Positions 56,741 to 64,000 of a stretch of 64,000 bases of DNA are shown here, in pieces. Origin of the DNA: Vitrella brassicaformis CCMP3155 (taxonomy: Eukaryota > Protista > Chromerida); the NCBI GenBank assembly GCA_001179505.1, contig CDMY01000973.1:168341-232340 (forward strand). Direction: 5' to 3'. The notes beneath the pieces are model-generated. The model was not told the DNA's origin and searched no databases. It was given only the letters and a program-made list of their open reading frames with translations. Position numbers and translations under genes: made by a program. Positions within the stretch are counted from its first letter, which is position 1, and each line of letters starts with the position of its first letter.

Positions 56741-57269
56741 TGCCTCACAGCTGCGAAGCCCAACACATACACACACGTGCAGAATGGTTCGTGTCTGCTC
56801 TCCTTCATCTTTCTGACCTGGTCAGTGCTCGTCTTCCCTTGACTTCGCTGCCGCCCTACTCTTCGGTGCAGATCTCACAGCTCACACCTGCAGAATGAAT
56901 GACACCACGAAGTGTGATAGACCTGGGCTGCCCGTGGATGCCTTCTGGTCCTCGCTCATGGCTGCTCACTCACCGACAGAGATCTCCTCCGCAGCGCGCG
57001 AGATGGATGGATGCGGCCCGGCAGCAGGCTGGGCACTCAACGCCAAAAGAGAATGGAACAGGCGGCTAAGGTCTGGCGGCTCACGAGAACGTCGTGGTTT
57101 TTCTCGTCTTCATAGCCGGCATCCATTCCGGCTCGCATCGGCTCGATCGTTCCTCGACGGGCCTTTTCCCTCGTTCCCGCGCTCGTGATGCCTTCAAGAG
57201 GCCAGCAGGAGCCCCATCAGGCAGAAGTTGATGGTTGGAACTCATCGCTGAGGCCTATCGCACGGCATC

Positions 57270-59869
57270 ATGGCGGCTGTGACGGTGAGGCGAGCATTAC
57301 GATAGGAGAGGGATGCCGGATGACTGATCAATCAAAAGAGGTGCTCTGTGTTGTTCGGTTGTCTGACAAACAGGACGGTAGCATGAAATGGCCGCAGCAG
57401 AGAGGTGCGCACGACTCGCACACAACACAGCACACAACAGATGCACTCAGGTGTGTGCTGTGCTGTGCTGTCTGTCATGTGTTGCAGCCGTGTTGGTGGG
57501 TGGGATGGTCAAGAGAGCAGCGTCGATGGGCTGCCGCGACGCGAACCTCACGTGGGCGGTGCAGCTGCTGGACGTGTGCCGCGCCGACCGACTCATCGAC
57601 ACAAACGACGCCACGCAGGCAAAGAGATCTGAATGGCATACAGAGAGTGAGGACTCATGGGATGTGTGTGTCACTTGCCTGGCTGCTGACACACAGATAG
57701 CAGATGCGTGTGTGGCCGCCTGCGTCAAGCGGCTGGAGCCACACTTGCTGATGGACTACATGCCGGATGACCCCCCCCACACACACAGACAGGTACTGAA
57801 ACACAGACACACGCACACGACGCTCACCTGTGCAGCGCCGACCTGTCTGTCTGTCCGTTTGACTCTGTGTGCAGGTGATGAAGCGTGTGGCGGTTGATAG
57901 TTCTGTGTGCGGCATTGGGTGTCTGGATGGGCTGTTCGCTGCTGCCGGCATGGACACCCACGGCCGCCTGTTCTCATTCGCCAAATACCTCATGGTCAGT
58001 CTGTCCGCCAGCCACACAGGAACACGTCCAGCTATCGCATGGCTTCTCCCTGTCGTGTGTCTCTGTGTGTGCAGTTCTTGTCGATGTGTGACATCAACTT
58101 GGCCGCGTGCGATGTCCGTCTGCTGGCCGCCACGGCCGTCTACATCACACGCAAGACCAACCAGGGCCAAAGAGCGGGCGGCATATGGGTGAGCCAAAGC
58201 GGCACGTGTCATGGCCTATCTATGGCCTGTGTTCATTTGTGTGTCTGATTGTCTATTGTCAGAGTACGGCCCTTGTGGGTCAGAGTTTGGTTAGCGAGTC
58301 GGCGTTGGAGTCTGGCATGACGACGTTGAGGATGCAGCGGCTCATGTGGCGCGACACCCGGACCACCAAAGGGGTGCGCATGTCAGAAGACCAGTAGAAT
58401 CGCCAACACAGCACCGTGTTGATGTCACTGTGTCGTTTGTGTGGTATGCGTGCAGGTCGTGACCGATACAGCAGATGAGATGTTCGCCTCGCCCGACCGC
58501 CACGGCGTCGCATCGACCCGCAGCCACCCGCAGCAAGAGCAGCAGCAGCAGCATCGGGTGCGTCTGACACAACCGACCGCCATGCACCAGATTAACTTCT
58601 GTATCGATCTGCATTGTTACGTGTGTGCGGGATCTGCAGGCGGGCAGCCAGCAGCACCCCCTCACCCATCTGTTTGCCGAAGACCGCTGCCGCCTCCCCA
58701 ACATCAGCACCACACTACAGCTGAGGGCCTCAGCAGCATGCTTCAGAGACGCCTTCTCATCAACACAGCTGCGCAGCCGAGTGTCCCACTCGGTGGGCCG
58801 TGGCGGAATCGGCACTCAGCTGCTGCGGTTCGACCCATCGCTGGAGATGGGTGACCTCATGGCGGCGGTGTGGATAGCCGAGGAGGGCGGGCCGTGGGAT
58901 GAGACGCGGGAGGTGCTCCAGTGGGCCAGCCAGTGCGGCTTCTGTCAGCTGCCCATCAACCTCACGGCAGATGACATCAACACACACCCCAACAAGACGG
59001 TAACCACACATACAGAGGGGCGGGAGAGAGCAGAGAGGCCTCATCCTCTCTCTCTGTCTGTGTGTGTCGTGTAGGCGTATAGATCGGTAGCTCGTGTGTT
59101 GGCGCAGCTCATGGTGGTCGGCCGCCACGTGGACTTCGGTGACGGCAGCCGCCTGCAAATCTTCCGCCATGACAATGGTGAGGTGCGGGCCATCAAGGAC
59201 GAGCCCGGCTTCCGGCTTGCCGTCAACCCGCCCCTCGCTGCCCACCATCTGTATCAGCAGCACCGACTACAGCACGACCCACCAGTGCGCAGCCGCATCT
59301 ACTCGCCCCTCATCAACCGATTGGTGTCGTGGGACCCGTACACCGATGCGTCATCGTCGTCATTTGCCAAGAAGATGATCTTCCACCACTTCTACTGGAC
59401 TCACCAGATCAATGACACATTCGATTATCTCAGGTAACCCACCACTGGCACCAGTGTGGCGAGAGGGGTGTGTGTTCGATTGGGTGTCTGTGGGAGGGTG
59501 GTTCAGGTATGTTGGTGGCGGCCGTGTGGATGGCCTCCTCACCCAGTCGCCCCACACACCAGTGGCCGGATGCACTACTACACTCAGCCGGGAAGACGAC
59601 ATCGGTGATGAGCGACAGCTGGTGCTGACCGACGACAGCCACAACTTCATCGCATGGATTCGCATCGGGGGTTCTCTCATGGGAGACGTCGATGACCGTC
59701 AGGCAGACAGACAGGCAGAGCTGCCGGCCGGTCACATGTCATGTATTGTTTCTTCCTGTCATTGTCTGCAGTGGATGTGTGTGTCCAGACGACCGAGGCG
59801 CCTGTGTGTGCGAGCGGTGCGTTCAAGGACCGCTTCCCCGTGACCACTCGGCTGGCACGTGTGGCGTAA
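57270..59869 (+). CDS. Cyclin-like plus F-box-like plus lineage-specific domain protein, copy 2
   Basis: MAAVT|DGSMKWPQQR|AVLVGGMVKRAASMG..AVQLLD.. (cyclin-box-like), FAKYLM|FLSMCDINL..LLAATAVYITRK (second cyclin-fold-like), HPLTHLFAEDRCRLPNISTTLQLRAASACFRDAF, LLRFDPSLEMGDLMAAVW.. Confidence 0.65.
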
Positions 59870-61601
59870 GGGCGAGTGGCGCCATACGCCTTCGACGGAC
59901 AAGTAGAAGACCAGCAGCAGGATGATGACGGTACGGACAGAAAGAGGGAGAGGACACACACATGGTGACCATGAATGGATGGATGGCATTTCTTGTCTGT
60001 CTGTCTGTCTGTCTGTCTGGGTGGGTGGTGTAGATTCCGACGGCCATGGCGGTGGCTGGGATGATATGGATGACGACAGCAACGGAGAGGACAGCGGAGG
60101 TACACATAAAGGAAAGAAGGCCCACCCAGACGCCCCCGCCACAGATGCCTTACCCTCCCCACCGACCCGCGTCACATGTCTGCCTGCGTGCGTCTGTGTC
60201 TGTGTCGATGGCAGGTGAGGGTGCGTCGGCTGAGGAGGAGCACCAAGACGGCGGCGGTAGCGGCAATGCATCGCTCTGACGACACACACAGACCGATCTC
60301 AATACTCACTGGTGCGCCACAGACATACTGCAACGTGATCCGCTGGTGCCATGCGTCCTCTCTGTCTGTGTGTGTTGTGGTCAGGAGGGTGGCGGAGTGC
60401 TGCCTGCCGTCCTCTCTCTCTAAGTCGCTGACCGGCGCAGATCAGATCAGCTGCTGATGTCGTGTCGACCGAATGGACCGAGTAGCTGGCTGTGCGTGGG
60501 ATGAAAGGTGGACGTGGGTGTGGGTGGGTCTGTGGGTCCCCTCTCCCCTCTGTGTGTGGCCCTCCTCCGACTCTCTGTATATGAATCTGTGTGAGAGTGT
60601 CGATATGCACTGGGCTGACTGCCTGGCTGTCTGTCTGCCTGCGTCTGCGTGTGCGTGGATGGACTGACTGATATGAACGTGTTGGTGCGCACAAATCAGT
60701 ATGCTCACAAACTCAAACCATCCTTGGCCACCATGTTTATCTGTTGTCCCTCTCCCTCTCCATCTGGATTTGTTGGCTGGGCGGTCGGTGCTTTTGTTGG
60801 GCTGATGATTGACATCTTCTCTCTCTCTCTCTCTCTCTGGCTACGTATTCACCTAGACAGACAGACAGACAGACAGGCCGATCGATGCCCCTTACCGCCC
60901 ACTCTTTGTGTTTCCATCCATCCGTCCATCCATTTATCCATTTATCCATATGCGACGCATAGTTTGCTCCATGCTCGCACGCGTCACAATACGTAGCCAT
61001 ACATGGCAGTGTGTGTCTCTCTCGCACTCGTGGTCCATCCACTCACACCGTCACACCAAACAGACATGCTGCACACAAACGTACACGAGTTGTTTCTCCA
61101 ATATGATGGGTGTGGTGCAGGCCTCTCAAGGGGTCAGGCTGAGTGTCGATCATGTCTGGCCCTTCACGCATGGGGTTAAGAGTGTGTGCGCACTGCTTGT
61201 CAGGCCAATGGAGGAATGCCGTGACCTCCGTGTGTGTGTGCGTCTGTGTGTCTCCCTTTCCCCCTCCCTCCCTCCCTCCCTGTACACTTGTCGATATATC
61301 CCTTCCGTCCCAGGGTTACTTGTCATTCGCCTTTGTAGTTGTGCGGCTCTCTCGACCGTTCTGTGAGGATGGAGTCGGTGCATTTCCGTGTGTGTGTGTG
61401 TGTGTCGTGACGGACGGACGGAAACGATCTCATCAATCTTCTTTCTGCGCATACAAGTTTGTCAATGCCCGACGCAGTCAGTCAGTCTGTCTGTCTGTGT
61501 GTCTGTGTGTCTGTACACCCGAGAGCGAGTCCCCCCGTCTCCTTGGCTACTTACATATACCTCCCAGCTACCCGGCACACACGGGCCATCCATCCACCCA
61601 T

Positions 61602-63630
61602 CTATGCCTCTTCCCCCTCCCCCTCCACCTCCACCTCCCCATCACTACGGCCATCGCTACCGCTGTCGGTGTCCAAATCGCCGACACCGTCGCTCTCGCT
61701 GTCCCCATCCTCGCCGCCTTGCTCATCGTCAATCTGAATCGCACCCGCCTGAATCAAGGCCGCCTGCCGCTGCACGTCGACGCGATCCGGGAAGTGGTTG
61801 AGGAGAAGCGCGACTGCCTGAATGGATAATAAGGGACAGACGACACACTAACAGTATGTATGTGCTTGCGCTCCTCTGTCGACATGATGCCTCCAAGGCA
61901 GCCCACCAGCGCTGCGGCGCCCATGTCATTGTGTGCCTGCTGCTCGACTATCTTGTCCAAACCGCCGGCCTGCACAGAAGGCACAGAAAGATAACCGTGG
62001 GTATGCTGTTCGCTTTCTCATCATTGTCCTCTTCTCCCTCTGTCTCACCTGCTCTATTAGTGTGGAGTAGGGGTTGTCGGGGAGACCCTCGTTGGCCTGC
62101 TTCTGACGACCCGCACTGCACATGAGAGGGCAACACGTCGGCAGCACACAGGCGGCATAGTTTGTTGACCAACCTGGATATTTTGTCCAGCACGGAGATC
62201 ATGCCGCTGAGTCGCGTGCTGTCGTCGCCATCGAGCAGGTCACAGAAGAACTGGATGCCGCCACACTCAACCGCATGCTCAACCTGTACGATTGAGCAAA
62301 CGCGACATGAGCTCAGGAAACATATTCAATGTGTGTGGGCGGCTGGTATACACAGATACGCATACACACCTGCTGCTGCGATCCTCCCATTGCTACATTT
62401 CCGACGCTTATGGCCGCCATGTCCTTCACGACCTCATCGGTCTCCCCGCTGGCCGCCACGTCGATCAGCCGAGGCACCAGATCACCATCGATGAGCGCCT
62501 GCTTGTGGGCGGTGCTACCTGCAGCCAATCAATCCACACCAAGCAGCACCTTTTACTGTGACGTGCTGAATGAGATGCGTGCGTGGCAGAGGTACCTGTG
62601 GCTAGGAACATCGCCGTCAGGCATCCGACGCCTTTCATTCGCGATTCGGCTGCCTCGAGCAGGAGTCGCTTGATCGAGGCCACGGCGCCACACTCGACCA
62701 ACGCCTCACGATCAGCATCGGTACCTGAGGGAATCACCCATCAGGGACAAGCCGGACGTACACAGTGAGCCATTCAGCCGATGGTGGTGTTTCGTGCCCT
62801 CATGGTTGCTAACTGACCGCAAGCCTCAGCACAAGCCCCGGCACAGAACGCCCCAAAGTGTCTGAGGGCCCCTTTTGCAGATTGCAGCACGAGCTCGTCC
62901 TGCTGCGGCTCGGCGAGGAGACCGACCAGGACGGGCAGGAAGGGGGCCAACTCGGCCAGTGGGACAGGGGGGGGGGGGAGTTCTCGGAGACACTCAACAG
63001 AATGCCCAGCAGACGGGCGCCCAGGTGGAGCACTCTGATGACACTGCTCTCGCGCATCGCCTTCAGCAGCGGCTGCAGGACACCCGCCGCCAGCACCGCA
63101 TCGCGACGGGTCGATGACTCCGTCGTGATGATGCACAGCGCCCCGATGGCCACCTCTCGTAAATAGTCATTGGCTGACGACACGAGCTGCACCAGGGGCG
63201 GGACGGCACCCGCATCCACCACCAAATCGCCATGCGTAATCGCCAGCTCGCCGAGGGCCAATGCTGCCTGTCGCTGCACCTCCTCGCACCCGCTCAGCTG
63301 CTCTACCAAAGCTGGCAGCACACCCGCATCGATGGCCTTCTGCTCGATGGTGCCATCTAATCGCTTGATGGACAGCAGCTGGACCAGCTGCCGTACGACG
63401 TCAGTGCGAACCTGCGGTTCACTGGCCGATGCTATGAGGTGACAGATGTCGGAGATGACGGCGGTGATGTCGGCCTCGAGGGCCTCCAGCCCTCGCTGCT
63501 GGACGGCGTGGTCGTACGCCTCCTGTGTGCCGATGGATTTGTACAGGTCTCTCGCCTTGGCCAGCACTGCTTGGGGTGAGGGATGGCCATCTGTGGTGCT
63601 GACGGCCTCTGCTGTGCCGCCCGAATCCAT
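61602..63630 (-). pseudogene. Importin-alpha-like ARM paralog ARM4 with frameshift at a G12 tract (real or assembly error)
   Basis: MDSGGTAE..PSPQAVLAK; frame breaks at 62967-62978; downstream exons and acidic tail match ARM3. Confidence 0.7.
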
Positions 63631-64000
63631 CTCGTCCAACCTGCGAAGACCAACACACATGCACACGACGCGGAATGCTCCCATGGCCGCTTCCTCCTGA
63701 CTTGTCCACGTGCGCAATGCTACGCTGCTCGCCCAGATCTCACGACGCCACGCCTGACCTGAGAACCAGCGAGAGAACGGGTGGATGGCATGAAATGAGA
63801 ACGATGCGGCGGACGCCTTCATTTACCGTCGTGTGTGCAGGCTGTGACGCTAGGCTCACGGTACCGACGAAACGCAACAAAAGCAGCGGTTTCAGGGAGC
63901 ACCCTAGGTGGCCTGACGGCCAAGTCCCCTGTCGGTCTGTCCAACATGAAACAGGCACCCTAACATGCAACCCGGACACGCAACACGCAGCACGCAGAGG

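Larger units (their letters stand above)
47960..59905. repeat. Large imperfect inverted duplication (left arm ~47960-53800, right arm ~54600-59905)
   Basis: For example 51201-51340 is the near reverse complement of 56915-57050; gene order is mirrored as cyclin(-) ARM(+) | ARM(-) cyclin(+). Confidence 0.9.

Noticed and set aside
47960-59905. Inverted arms read as the terminal inverted repeats of a DNA transposon
   Set aside because: The arms are whole host-type genes; no transposase, sharp termini or target-site duplication seen.
59930-61590. Possible gene between cyclin copy 2 and ARM4
   Set aside because: Only microsatellite-rich sequence and short ORFs without consistent splice phases.

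Overview
Eukaryotic, intron-dense, GC-rich genomic window with about 20 protein-coding loci, four 300-N assembly gaps, and no rRNA, tRNA, CRISPR array or recognisable transposon. Short introns ending in (GT)n-CAG, CATC/CAGA microsatellites, an apicomplexan-type ATP4 and a plastid-type bipartite leader point to a chromerid alveolate, probably Vitrella brassicaformis (inference). Gene order: RNF4-like RING 3' end; UAP56-binding-motif protein; ATP4; ARM protein; secreted zona pellucida (ZP)-module protein; TAF13-like; two paralogous 4-TM genes flanking an ankyrin-TRP channel; CK1; a protein with a thrice-repeated unnamed domain; an acylated MFS_2-type transporter; a putative plastid protein; a coiled-coil protein; FAM133-like; and a ~12 kb inverted duplication of a cyclin-like/importin-alpha-like gene pair followed by another ARM paralog. 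Top candidates for new biology: (1) an apparently complete animal-type ZP polymerisation module in a protist, (2) introns with mirrored complementary microsatellites that could fold back, (3) a novel triple-repeat domain supported by a shared intron position, (4) the duplicating cyclin/F-box-like plus ARM module. All gene models were spliced by eye and family assignments come from motif recall; no searches were run.
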